A stretch of 62,110 nucleotides of DNA, the filler included, from Choristocarpus tenellus KU-1152 (Eukaryota > Protista > Phaeophyceae), in NCBI GenBank assembly GCA_964200185.2. It is 8 parts of 8 records of this genome, joined end to end, with 100 filler letters (N's around TTAATTAATTAA, not from the genome) between each part and the next. Parts side by side here need not be neighbours in the genome. Positions count along the whole stretch, not along the records: positions 34,227 to 44,551 come from CAXNAD020002989.1; positions 44,652 to 47,386 come from CAXNAD020025199.1; positions 47,487 to 50,247 come from CAXNAD020024977.1; positions 50,348 to 53,032 come from CAXNAD020025668.1; 4 more parts are not named here. One strand, written 5' to 3'. The notes under the pieces are model-generated. The model did not search any database. It was not told the origin of the DNA and saw nothing but the letters and a program-made list of their open reading frames with translations. Below are positions 40,139 through 53,132 of this stretch, piece after piece. Within the stretch, counting starts at the first letter, position 1, and every line of letters starts with the position of its first letter. The translations under genes and the position numbers were made by a program.

Positions 40139-43100
40139 ATGGTGTCGCCCTCCTGGAGACGGACCCTCGTAAGCACCATCATACTTGCTCTCCGACTCCC
40201 CGACCACACTCTAGGCGATGAGCTTGAAGACGACTGCTCGAGCTTCGAGACACGATGTAGGCTAGAACTGGGTGTGGGATATGGCAACCCCTGGTTAAAG
40301 GCTTCTGTTAGTGAAGGCAAATACTTCGAGGTGCGTGCCACCTCCTGCTCAGCATATCTATTCTCGTTTCTTTGTTGGATTGGAATATTGGTACCAACGC
40401 AACCTCCTAGTTTGGCACCTGTGCCATATATCTTGAAGCACAGAGTGCTAAAGCTCGCAAGTCGATATCGAATATCACAGCGATTCCTTTTCGTGCGGAT
40501 TAACTGTAGAACGTCTGGCTTGGGGGGGAGGATGTCTTCAAACTCATATAAAATATCAAGATCGGTCCACGGCATCGTTGAAATGGTGAAGACAGCCCAC
40601 AGCCCTAATGCTTATCCCTTCTCTCGATGGCAATTGTTCATTCTCACAGGTAAACAACAACACTGCTGAGCATCATCCGTCGGAGGTTATCACCACTGTG
40701 GCCTACGGCATGGTTGAGGTGCTCTAGAATATCGTCTGATTTTTGCTGCCATAGTATTCCAATAGATCAAAAACATCCCAACCACCCCCATGTCATCGGC
40801 AGATTGCGTCCACCAAGGAATACATTACCATGTTATTTACCCTAGCTTGGATTCCCTTACGTACACTTTTGAACTCAAAAGGCAAACCTATCGATTAGGG
40901 TCGTTTTTTTTGCCTCCAAAAGTTGGAGGGGATCCTGGACCTACTGATAGGCGGGTCCTGTACGTATACATGGTTCCCAACTTGGAGACAGTCCAACCTT
41001 GAAACTACATCCATAATGATGAGAGGGGTGTGAAATGATGGAACGTCAGGTATCTTGTGCCAATAGCCGTAATACATAGCTCGTACTTAACCTAACTTAT
41101 TCACCTCTGAGGGCCCCTATTGTGAGGGCAACTCTTGTACATGACTACCATGACTTTTGTATAGTCGTACATGATTTATTTCCGATATCTGACGAATGGG
41201 GTAGATAAATTAGTACCACATGATGGATTCATAGAACATAGCAGCAAAGTGCAATTTGCTTGAGCCGTTCGTGCACCGTTAAACAAGCCTGGATACAATT
41301 GGCAGGTCTACGTCACAAAAGGAAGAAGAGAGCCGACCTCAGATGACTACAATTGGAGCTCAGCTGGCACAGGCACTGGCAATGTGGTACGCCTTCGTTC
41401 CTGGGAAATGGCACCTGAAGGAGAGCAGGTGGCATTCAAGTACCAGGAATGTTGTCCTACCTTGTAGAAACTCATTTGGCAATGTATGCCTGCAATCGAA
41501 CGCATAGGCAGAACAAACGTTCAGTACCGCAGCTGCATGTGAGCCGTTATTCCCGTGCTTGGTGGTGTAGAACCACCAACATCCTTTGTTGTGGGTTTGC
41601 CACTTCCATTGAACTATCAAAAAGCATGCTCTGCAGAGCCCTGCAGCTGACAAAACTGTTCAATATTCACTACATTAACAAACATACGTGCTTTAAGCTA
41701 ACTATTGTTTGCCCGATCATACAATCATATTTGGTGGGTGCCTTCTCAATACACTCTGTGTGCTCATAAGATGGTATACGTCAAGGGTGATGTACTCCCT
41801 AACCCTAACCACAGTACTGCGCATTCCTATGTAGCTACTTACAGTCCCAGCATGAGCTTGTAAAGTGATCAGGGACTGTGTCTACTGATGGATATGATGT
41901 GAGGATGCTGTTTTTGTTACTGCGGCCTTGATTTTAACACATTGATATGTCCAAGTACGTTGTCAGTAGAAGATGCCCTAAGCTAGACCTTGTCACTTCT
42001 TCTGGTGCTCCCTTTCCCCCCAACCCCCCACCCGCTCACTGTACACAAGCACCTCGGGCTCACACCCTCAAAAAATATACTAAATTTGAAAGTGATAGCA
42101 AGTCATCGGTTTCTCCCTCCATGCAATGTGCCCTGTCTCCAGCACAACCACCACCCTCTATGCCCAGATCTTTTGCACATATCAGGTGTGCATAACATCT
42201 CCATCTTTTTTTTCTGGCTAGGGTTAGGGTTACATGACAAGTGTATCTTATGGATCAACGTAGCTTCAAGACCATTCTATTGGTGTTACAAAAAATTCGG
42301 ACGCACATGCTCTCTCTCTCTCACACACACATGCACAACTTCCTGAACACTCATGGTTCTTCCTGGCAGCTGAGTGTGCTGGTTCTGGCCACCTCTTCTG
42401 CAGCATTTCGGATCCTGGTCAGCGATGATAGCGAGCCACTCCAACTGGAGGATGGCATCCCTGTGGAAATCATCTCTGACAGTGGGTCATACAGGTGATC
42501 CCCAATGCTCCTAACCATACGGTAGAGCTAGAATTTCTCGCTGTGGGGTCAATATTTCGCTTGCCCGCCACCTCCTCTACCTCCCTGTAGTTCTTGTCAT
42601 CTAGACTAATAGTCCTCCTCTTGTATGCACGCCTCCTTCTAATGTGGCTGTCGCTGCAATGCGGACATGCCGTGGGATGACTGCCACGGTGCTCCACTAC
42701 CTAAGACACTTTGTGATGTCTGTTGCAGAGCCCGGTGCAGATGTGAGCGTATCCGTCAGCCCCTACTACGGGGACCCGGACCTGTACATGATGTACAGGC
42801 CTCACGATATATATAATGCCTCTGCCTCACAGGAAAATGCCACTCACAGCAAAGGCGATGGTGATGGCAACAGTGACACGGGCTTGGGGTGGCCTACGGC
42901 ACATGTATTTGACTGGGCTTCTATCTCGTTTGGGCCTGATTATCGGGAGATACAGGCAAGTTGATAGAAGCAAGTGGTTGGTGTTTGTCCCTTCCCCAGC
43001 CGGGGCAGTTTCGTTCCTTGGCCCAACTCAGTCAGTACAAGGAAGTTACTTTTTTTTTTCGTGTTCTTAGTTCCAACCGCAACACCTTTTTCTTCTTCTT

Positions 43101-43824
43101 ATCCAGTTGTATTGTGGCGCCTCCTTGCCCAGACCAGCACTCTCTCGAGCTTAGCCCTGAAAGATGCGATATCGCTGTTTCGTTTGCTCTGGGTCTCAGT
43201 CTTAACCTGGATCTGAGCTCACAAGAAGTTCCCGATGCGGACAAGCATAGACGTATCCTCTGCTGTACAATGATATTTCCAGGACTTTTGGAAGGATAAA
43301 CTGGTAACATCGAGTTTCCACTTTCGTTTTTGATTTTGCGCAACTGACGTTGAGTGTTGGTTGTGAGTGTTGTTTGTGAGGGTGAAGTGCGCCTGTCTCT
43401 AGCGCTACTGCGTTTTGGTGCTACTGTTGCCTGCCCTTGTAATCCTACCCCTAGGGCGGATACCTGAAACAAACGCAGTCACACGTCAAGAGCTCAATCC
43501 CGATCTTGTCGACATCAAACAACGTCCTTCAAGGGAATGCCGTCTGTATGCCATGCACCCCCTCCTGTCTATCACCACGCTATCATGAAGAGTAGATCGA
43601 ATTATCGGTTTCAAAGTTTCTGAACAAGAAGAAGTAAAAGACGTGGGGTAACCTTCTTTTTTTTTATATGCACTGGGGGGGGCGGGGGGGGGGGGGGGGT
43701 GGCTTTTAAGGGGGGGGGGCTTTCCAAGCACTGCATCCCAGGCTCAGGAAGCACCGCAGGGACNNNNNNNNNNTTCTCCTTCTCCTTCTCTGTGTCGCTC
43801 TGTCTGTTTTGTCGTTTTGTTTTG

Positions 43825-43863
<39 letters not shown>

Positions 43864-43996
43864 GCCTTTCAAGGCGGAGGAGCTGTCCAAGCACTGCATC
43901 CCAGGCTCAGGAAGCACCGCAGGGACAGTCGAGGCTGAGTCCTGTGATCTGGCCATCAGCGTTCTAGTTAGGGCCAATAGCAGTTACGTCGTGCAG
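40139..43996 (+). CDS. Secreted or cell-surface protein with repeated beta-sandwich (PPC-like, GDPDLY) domains; 5' part, runs off the contig
   Basis: gccATGg start. Phase-compatible exons 40139-40330, 40650-40718, 41306-41428, 42370-42494, 42706-42955 (GC donor) and 43874-43996. Signal-peptide-like N-terminus MVSPSWRRTLVSTIILALRL. Two similar modules (YFEV..GMVEVYV..PT..YNWSS; YRHF..GDPDLYM..WPT..FDWAS). Several N-x-S/T sequons. Confidence 0.75.
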
Positions 43997-46390
43997 GTGG
44001 GTGGCAAGAACCAGATCTATGTACATCTACACCTCATCCCTGATTTATGGTATTGCTATTACTCTTAACCCTAACCAAAGCCTTGCCATTATTTTTTTTT
44101 GTAATGTCCGTATTACTGGGAGGTATCAGCTTTTGAACCTCCCACTCCCTTTTGCTCACCCACTTCTCTACCCTTGAATGAAATAAGTGTGGTTTTGGGG
44201 TGGGTGGGTGGGTGGGTGGGTGAATGGGTGGATAGATATGAATGGATGCTCCCACGAGCTTTGGTCCTTGGTGGTGTAGATGTTGAATGTTTGTTCCTTG
44301 GGTGCTATTATGGTGAGTGGACCTAGTCCTTTATTGTAGTATGGTAACTGTAATATGGTAGTTCTTTTCTGTTTTAATGTTGCCATTTTTTTTTTCCCCT
44401 CTTTTTGAGTTTTTGACCACGTGTCTGAGACCCCTCAGCCCATTCTGAAGACCGTACGCTGATAAACCCAGTTATACTCTCCCCCCCCCCCCCCCCCCCC
44501 CCCCCCGTCCTCCCGCCCCCACACCCCCCCACCCGCGCCCCCCCACCCCCCNNNNNNNNNNNNNNNNNNNNNNNNNNNNNNNNNNNNNNNNNNNNTTAAT
44601 TAATTAANNNNNNNNNNNNNNNNNNNNNNNNNNNNNNNNNNNNNNNNNNNNCTCACGTACGCACTTAAGGTATATACCTCATTACTGTCCGCCTGTCTCC
44701 CACTCTCACCCCCCCCCAAACAAACATCAGATACGACCTCCAATCTCTTCTTATTTCTCACTGATGAAGACCTGGCTTAAATACAGCATTTGCTGGAACC
44801 AGCTCAACCTCACAAAAGACATACAAAACGTTGCATTACATTGCGACTGCCTCGGGTCAAGGCGAGGAAGTTCGCCCCGGTCCAAGATTCTGCTGTGAAC
44901 TACAAACAACCACAATTCCCTGCGTCCCTCATCCTTCCAAACATTTCCCTTTTTGTCTGTGCCAGCAAGGCCACGAAGCAATGGACTCCTATCTTCTCAC
45001 CTCCCCTCACTTAGACACTAACCTGGCTCAAACATCCCCGACTCATCAAAGCCTTGCAGACACATCGGCACCACATCATTACCCGTGCTAACGCCAATCC
45101 CCCCGCCAGTATCCCCCCTTACCTGGTAAGGTTTAAGGGTGGTTGTGTGTTGGGAGACAGGGAGGCGGGGTAACAATTGTCAGGCAGAGTAAGTCAGCCT
45201 CAGTAGTGACAACGAAGCAATGGGAAGGGGCTATCTCTATTAGTATGGGAGATGAAGTCAAACACAGCAGGGATGATGCATTGTGTCTCGTGGGCTAGGG
45301 GGTCTTCGCCTTCTTCAACCCAGCTCAATCTAGGTACTTCCAATTGTTAAGAATGAAGATGTAGGTGTAAGGTATGCGGAGACCTTGCACACTTCCATCT
45401 AACTTGGGTTTAGGGTTAGGGTTAGCTGCCTCATTGTAGGCCTGTAGTGCATTGTTAATTTTTTAAGTAGTATTCTCACTGCACTTGAGGCATTGAAGTT
45501 TGCACCAAGATGGAGTTACTTCTCCAGGTCTGCTGTTAATAATGCACCCGGCTGAAACCAATATAGGACGAGTGAGCGAAAATGTTGTCTGCGAATACTC
45601 ACCGTCTCTTGAAAAAGGGTTTTATATATGAGCCTCATGCGTGCTTTTGTTTATCTGTTGCAGTCCTAGCAAACCATCGAGGTCATACCTTTCCCAGCAA
45701 ATGGAATAGGACACCCTCCACTTTACCAAAGGCCTCTACATGGTGATATACCTAACCTTTTCAGAGGATATGGAATATTCAGAACTTGCCAGACGCATCA
45801 CATCATGCCGATGAGGAAACTGTGATACACTTGTGTACCGCCTTCCAATGAAACCACTGCACACAGACACACTGCCTGACCAATTTGAGCCCTCGAGCTC
45901 TCTTCTTCATTTCTCAACCTCCATCTCACAGACAAGCCCTCAGGCAATGATGTCACTGTACCAGAATCAGCAAACACTTCTAACTGATAGTCTCACCCCC
46001 TCTTCAACTTCAACTTCATCACTCTAATGTCAACCTCCAGTGCCCACCTCACTTACATTCTTAAAATTTTCAAAAGGAAAGTGTTGGCCCTTTTTTTATA
46101 ATTCTACCAGGTAACACGAAAGAACACCCTCTTGTCTCATTTTAATTTTAATCTGTAAAAAAAAAAACATGTCATTGGAAATGTTTGAGAAGCAATATGC
46201 AAATGGTAACAAGAACGCCCCATAACGCCTGCCTCCCCCAAACAAACACAACACAAAACACCTACTATCGCCCCCCTATCATTTAACACCCACGCTTCAA
46301 CTCACCCTCCCACTACTAGATGATCGCAATGCCCTCCTTCACCTGTCCACATATTCCCCTCCCTACAGGGCCCTTCCCTTCCCCACTCAC

Positions 46391-46456
46391 CAGTTTAGAG
46401 ATGAGATCCCTTGTGAGTTCATCATCCTCTTTGTTCCCAGTGTTATAGTCATATGC
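46391..46456 (-). CDS. Probable exon of an unidentified gene (AYDYNTGNKEDDELTRDLISKL)
   Basis: Strong polypyrimidine acceptor, perfect GTGAGT donor, 22 open codons. Confidence 0.4.
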
Positions 46457-49400
46457 CTTGACGAAAAAAGAAAGCAAGTGGTGGCAATAGAAGACACTGG
46501 TTGGAGCTTATCAATGACCTTCATCACAAAACAGACAGCTATGTGACTGAATGGGTCAGGGCAGGGGCAACACAGATCATGGCACACTACACACGCCTCC
46601 CTCTCTCCACCAACAATTTATGCAGATACTCTTGTGTGTGTACTGTGGTCTATCCCTAATACTAACATGTGTTATTATTCAAATAGTGCTACAGAGCAGG
46701 GGTGGGGAGACATTTAAAACTTCAATTTGGCCTTCACCCTTAGAACTATACTGGAATGAAAAGGGAATTAAACACAGGGAACAGTTAACTGTCCAAGCTA
46801 ACGTGCCACACATATTTGTATTGACCTTGGGCACGACCTCTGACTACTTCATCAACTCAATACCCATACGCCATCCAACGAGGTAATACCCTCCTCCCAA
46901 ATCCACCACGCTTCCTTCCACCTGCAACACCTTGTATAACCTCTGCCAAAGCCTTCCCCACCTTTTACCAACTCTCCTCCCTCACTACCCCAATCCCACC
47001 CCCAGCTACATGCTCCCGTTCCTTTCCACTACACCCAATACCACAAACAAGTGTCTCTCACCAGCAGCCATGGCCGTGCCTTCCCTATAGCCCTAAGAAC
47101 AAACACGTAAGCAAAGTAGAGGTTGGTTAGGCGGTCTGGATGCATCCCAACTGCCTTGGTGAAGAACTCGACATTTGGTCCCCAACTCCCGTCTGTGTCC
47201 CGATGCAGTGCCGTTGGAAAGTGGTTCGCAGTGGGGTGAGATCAGAGTGTAGGCAAAAGGTGTTCATAATGCGGAAGGCAGTTGTGACTCAACGTATTTG
47301 GGGGGAGGGGGGGGGGGGGGGCTCCCCCAGGGGGTCCATTTGGGCCAACATCGGGGGAAGAGATCGGAAGGGGGGCGGGGAGGGAANNNNNNNNNNNNNN
47401 NNNNNNNNNNNNNNNNNNNNNNNNNNNNNNTTAATTAATTAANNNNNNNNNNNNNNNNNNNNNNNNNNNNNNNNNNNNNNNNNNNNCAGGTACTTTGAGC
47501 CATGACCCCCTCAGATGAACCGGAACGTCCAACTGTGTGGGGGGAGCAGATTGAAAAAGTTAGCCGCAGTATGATGAGAAAAATTACTTGATCATCTAAT
47601 TTGACCCGACTCACTACCACGAAAAATGGAAAACCTGGTTTCCATGGCAGGGGAGAAGATGGATATTCACCAGAACCTCAGGTGGTGTAGGCCTGTGGGA
47701 CCATCAGGTGTGGGAAGTGGGGCAAATCAAGGGTGCAACTATGGAGGAAGGGGGAAGGAGAGAAAACACTGACCCCAATCCTCAAACCTGTAAAACGCAC
47801 ATGGTGGTGCCTCACAAGGTGTCGATCTCTGATAACCAATGAAAAATGGATGTTTGCTTTTCAAGTTAAGTGCATGACTGAAGACCAACTACAATCGAGG
47901 CATGATGAGACCCTCGATTGTAATCTGAAAATTGGTGAGTTTTCAGAAGCCATAATACAACTGAAAACTATTGATTTAGTCTCAAGCTATACAGATTTAC
48001 ACTATTGTAACTATTCCGACTGGAACACTCCCCATTTGGGTTGTCCATGTACATACTTTCCTTTTGTACTGGTTAGAGTGCGGGTAGCAATACATACGAA
48101 AATCACCTGTGACATACCCAGTGTGAACTATCTTAGGTACACATATTTCACGCTCAACATAGGCAATTGGTATGGGTGAGACAAAAGAAATAGTCCATCG
48201 CCTCAGTTGTTTCCCAACAGCATGTAGTTGTTACTCCTCGTTGATTACACCATGAATTCTAAAAGGATTTGACTCTGACTTGGTCGTAAAGGGTTCCCAG
48301 TTCTGATTTACCTGCACCGCCGCTGAACTGATCCCGGCAGCATACGATTGTTATCCTTGGGAGTGTCTCTGCAGGAGTAACAAAGATACAATTGGAGTCA
48401 CCTTGCACCTGACCTAGTCAGTATCATTAGAGTATATATACACTTGTTACTTCTGGGAGTCTGGTTCAAAAGTTTTACTACCTTCGGGGAGGAATGTAGC
48501 ATTGACCTGGACACCATATCGTACAATGTTACTTCCCATAAAACAAATTTCTAATAACCAATTTCACCACCGTGAAGAGCGCACTCTAATCGGTCAGTTC
48601 AAGTAATGATATTGAAGTGATGTTTGTGGCTGGGGAAGGCAGAGGATCTCGAAGAAAATAAATCGCCAGCCAGAGCCCTTTCAGTCACACACTGGGCACA
48701 CGCATCAGTCAGAAGATTTTGGAAAATATTAAAGGAAAGAATCTGATGGTGGCTAAAAATAGGGCAGCGATTGTGGAGGAACTTCAAGGTTGCAAGAAGG
48801 GGTCCTGTCACAATTACATAAAAGTATCTTGCCGAAATGTATGAGAGCAATGCTCAGATCTCCTCATGTCTTTGGCAGGTCTACAAGACTCTGAAGGATG
48901 GTGTTATGGATCCTGACGTTGGTTGGAAACAGAAGGGAACTCTGTCCACAAAGGTGCCAAAAACATTGATGACCTAAAAAGGTGCTCTCGATATGATTTC
49001 CATCTAAATCGCACAATGCAGTGCAGCCTGCCGACTCAGTTGGGTTCGAAGACCTTATCAACATGGACGAGCAGAAACTGTACGTCTGATGATTGCGATG
49101 GGTCTCCTGCCCATATGCTGCAGGACAAGGTCCACAACTGGGTCAAACTAACGAGAGGTACCCCAGATTTGGATTTTAAGGATCCTGATAAATATGTACA
49201 AAATTCATCTATTTTTCAACTGCCTGTAGGATATTTTCAAACAATAGAGAAATACGAGCGTTAAGTTAAACTTAGCACTTGATCCATAGAAATATGGGTG
49301 AACTGAATTGCGAAAGATTAAAAAACTGGGTTAAAATGCAAAAGCCCCAAACCTGGGTACCTCTCGTTTAGTTTGAATCCCTACCTATCGACCCAAACTT

Positions 49401-50394
49401 GGCTCATTTCTGCCAATCCAAACCAATGCTACATTCCTAGGTAGTAGTGGCAAACTATACATCCACCACGTCAGTCTTGGCCAGAAAGGGTCCCCGGTTC
49501 TGAATTACCCGATCACCTCTACATTGATCCAAGCTATACCTATATTTCCCTTCGGAGTTTCCCTAGCCCTTACGTAATCGACTTCGGGACGATGTGTGTA
49601 CAAACGTAAAATGATACCATGATACCCTACCACAATAGGATGAATCAGAGTGAGCGGTGGTCACCAATGGGTTCCTCGTGAAGAGTAAGGTCCTGTTGGA
49701 CATTTCAATGTCACACCAATAATCCATCAAACACAACCATATATGATGATCGTGCAGGTCAAGTGGAGAACATTTCAAAGTACGGTGGTATTTAAAATCT
49801 TATATATTGGCGAATACAACTTTTGCGATTTATTATGACATTAACACGCATCTCTCCACATTCCTATGTATCAACTATTTAAAAAAAAAAATGCGTACAC
49901 ATCGTTACAGTCCTAAAAATATTTTTGACAATTTTAGTGAACATGACAATCTGTCACCCTCGGTAAAATTGGCTACGTATTAAGTACCAAATTAGCGTTG
50001 AAGGTAGATTAGAGAGTTTGCACAAAATGAAAATTCACTACTGTGGGAATGTTTTATGTGTCCGTCCGATTTCTGGCAGTAGTGTTTTTCATTTTCAAAT
50101 TTGATCAAATTTCCCATTTCTAGTGAAAAATGGAAGTGAAAATTGTTTCGGTGACTACGCAAGTGGCATTGTCTCGACGTGTCAGGCGTTTTAAGCTGGA
50201 GTCACCAGGGAGATGAGTACGGAGGGGTCTGTTGGATTCTTGGGATGNNNNNNNNNNNNNNNNNNNNNNNNNNNNNNNNNNNNNNNNNNNNTTAATTAAT
50301 TAANNNNNNNNNNNNNNNNNNNNNNNNNNNNNNNNNNNNNNNNNNNNTTTAACACAATATATTGAACCTTAGGTTTCTAACCCATCATTTCATC

Positions 50395-53032
50395 ATGTCT
50401 ACACGAGGAGATGATATTCAAGAATTGCGGGAACCTGTTCCTTCCGAGGGCCCATCTGTCCAAGAATTCAGACAGCTTATGGCAACGGTAGTGGAGTTGT
50501 CAAGAAACGTTGGCAATCTTATGGTTCAGTCTGAAAGAGTCGGCGACGGAAATGATCCCGTCGTCCAGGCCGCTGTGCCCAGCACACAGCCTCCGGCTGG
50601 GTACGTACCAGTCGAAGTAGGCCCTATGGAACCCATGTTGAGGGCAAATTTCCCAGAGAGAGGAAACAGTTTGGATGCTGTGAGCGTCAGAAGTGGGGCG
50701 AGCCGGAGGTCCGGTTCTTCGGAGAACTAGGGGTCAGGCACACATATGTTCGCCCTACGACAAAGAGATCGAGAACCCAACCACCGAAACTGTTGGACGA
50801 CTTGGACTTATCACTGCGGGCGGAGGCGTTTCATCATGTATTGCAGATATACCCACTGCTTTGGTGTGTTGACAAGTGAAAGACCAGTCAATCAAGAACG
50901 CTTCTATGAGGAACTTCTCTCGAACGGCTTTAGTGCGAATGATATCTGGATGGCCGAAGAGGCCTACCATGCACTTACTGTTGCTCTCATCGCACCCACC
51001 ACCAGGGCACTGTGATATATGCATCAAAGCCCGAGCGAGCGTTTCCGAGCAATAGATGATTGGTTCACGCCCAATACAGTGGGTAATAGCCAAGATTTGT
51101 TCCGTGAGTTTTTCACTTCAAAGGTGGAGACGGGGTCGAACCCAATCCTGACCTTAAACCACCTGGAAGAGCTACGGGGGAGGATGCTATCAATGGATCT
51201 GGTGATCTCGGACAAGCTGCTGCTCCTACAGTTCCTGAGTGCTCACGGATCAGATTAAGATACCGAGATACGCATGATGGCCCCGCAGAGGACACTCCGT
51301 CGAGCAGACGTCGAGAAAACTGCTAGAGAGCGATATGCTTCCCTTCATCAGGGCAAGCACTCAATACGCAAGAATGGCCATGCTTTGGTCGTTAACAGCT
51401 CATCACAAGGGAAGAGTCAGTCTCATTGCAACGGCCAAGGTCGCGGGGTCGAATGTAAATTTAATGGTGGAAGAAAGAAAAATGATTATAATTCCAACCC
51501 AAAACGTTCCGAGAAGATTCCTTGTGAGAGATGTGGAAAGTATGGACATAAAAAGACAGCTTGCCCAAACCTTATTTGTACCAAGTGAGGTGGATGTGCC
51601 CATGATGCTACAACATGCACTTCGGTGTTCTTGACTACGGTGCAGTCTGAGAAAGAAGATATTGAGACCGAGGTGAATCCTTCCCACATTACTGTGGAAA
51701 GTACCGTGTGATACACACGACTGGTCGCCACTGAGGACTCTCCTAGCAGCAATGCTCCAGGCAAGTGTGAGGAAAACGAATGTTTGGTGTCAAGTGTTGG
51801 GGTTGGCCGTGAGAAAGAAGAATGGATTTTGGACAGTGCGGCTTCATGTCACCTGACAAATATGATAACACACATGAAAAGGGTAGTCACTGCTAGCCAA
51901 AATTCCTTATTCATCGCTAGTCATGGTGATCTAACCATCTTGTTTCCGTCTTGTGACAACAAAGAGGTAGAAATACTCCTCCAAAATGTCGCCCATGTCC
52001 CCGATCTAGGATTCAATCTTTTCTCTTGCCAAGCTGCAGCTGATAAGGGTGTGCGAAAGGCATTTTCACAGTCAGTACATTCTCGCTATTAGATGGAATA
52101 CTTAACTTCACAAGAGATCCTGGTTGCCATTACACTCTTCATGGTCAACGCATATTGCCGCGACCAGGTTGAAATGCCACACTCCTCACACCAAGATCGA
52201 CATGAAACTCTTCCACCGATCTTATGGCCACGCGCACGAGGTATTGCTCAAGTCTACCGCCACTTCAATGGGCATTACATTGGTGGGTGAGCTGGAGCCA
52301 TGTACAGGCTGCTCTATGAGCAAGGGCATACAGAAAGGCGTCCTGTCCAGCACGTCTTCAAGTGCGGTAAGAAAGCTGGATCGGGTTTTGTCGACTTATG
52401 TGGGAAGAGGGCTACCCTTTCAATCGGTGGTAAACAATACACGATGATAATCCGGGACGATTATTCCCGTTTTGTTTGGTTGTATTTCCTTCGTGCTAAG
52501 TCGGATGCCGACGAAGCCTTCAAGAAGTACCTGACCGATATCTGGGCTGATGGTACTCCCTCTGGGGTCACGCGTGTGATGTCTGACAATGGGGGCGAAT
52601 TTTATGAGGGTGCTTTCGGCGCTCTTTGTCGCGATCGTGAGATAAGACGGAGTGAAAGTATCTTCGACGGTATGAGTTTCGCCCTGTTTGACCGTTTGGG
52701 GATTTGCTTCCCCCATTTTTTAAAATGGCGTTTTACCTACTCAGAAATGTTTCGGAGTAGGTAAAAAGCATACATTATGAAACGGTGTTTCCGAACAAGG
52801 ATATTGACACTTCCTAACAAACACTATAGCCAAAATTATATCAAGATCGCAACATTTCGATCTTGGCCCTGAAATGGACGCGGCTCTATCCTCTAAGATA
52901 CTTTAAATCACAGGAGTTCACACCTGTAGACGGCCCTCAATTTAATGGGGTTGCTGAATGAATGCTGGGTATTATTGATGAAGCTTCATTAGCTGCCCGT
53001 CTTCAAGTTCCACTACCTTTTCCCCATGTTAC
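50395..53032 (+). mobile_element. Decayed Ty1/Copia LTR retrotransposon (gag, protease, integrase), truncated by contig ends
   Basis: Zinc knuckle CERCGKYGHKKTAC, protease EWILDSAASCHL, pre-integrase HRSYGH..CTGCSMSK, integrase VDLCG..YTMIIRDDYSRFVW..SDNGGEF..PQFNGVAE. Protease precedes integrase (Copia order). Many stops and frameshifts. Confidence 0.93.
52650..52909 (-). mobile_element. MITE family B copy inserted in the Copia integrase
   Basis: Reverse-orientation copy. Removing 52647-52909 restores the reading EIR-QEFTPVDGPQFNGVAE. Confidence 0.88.
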
Positions 53033-53132
53033 NNNNNNNNNNNNNNNNNNNNNNNNNNNNNNNNNNNNNNNNNNNNTTAATTAATTAANNNNNNNNNNNN
53101 NNNNNNNNNNNNNNNNNNNNNNNNNNNNNNNN

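Noticed and set aside
40018-40575. 185-aa minus-strand ORF
   Set aside because: It overlaps exon 1 of the better-supported plus-strand spliced gene, and no motif was recognised.
43675-43763. Tandem duplication of the exon start CACTGCATCCCAGGCTCAGGAAGCACCGCAGGGAC
   Set aside because: A degraded copy between a poly-G run and a 10-N gap; most likely a scaffolding overlap artefact.
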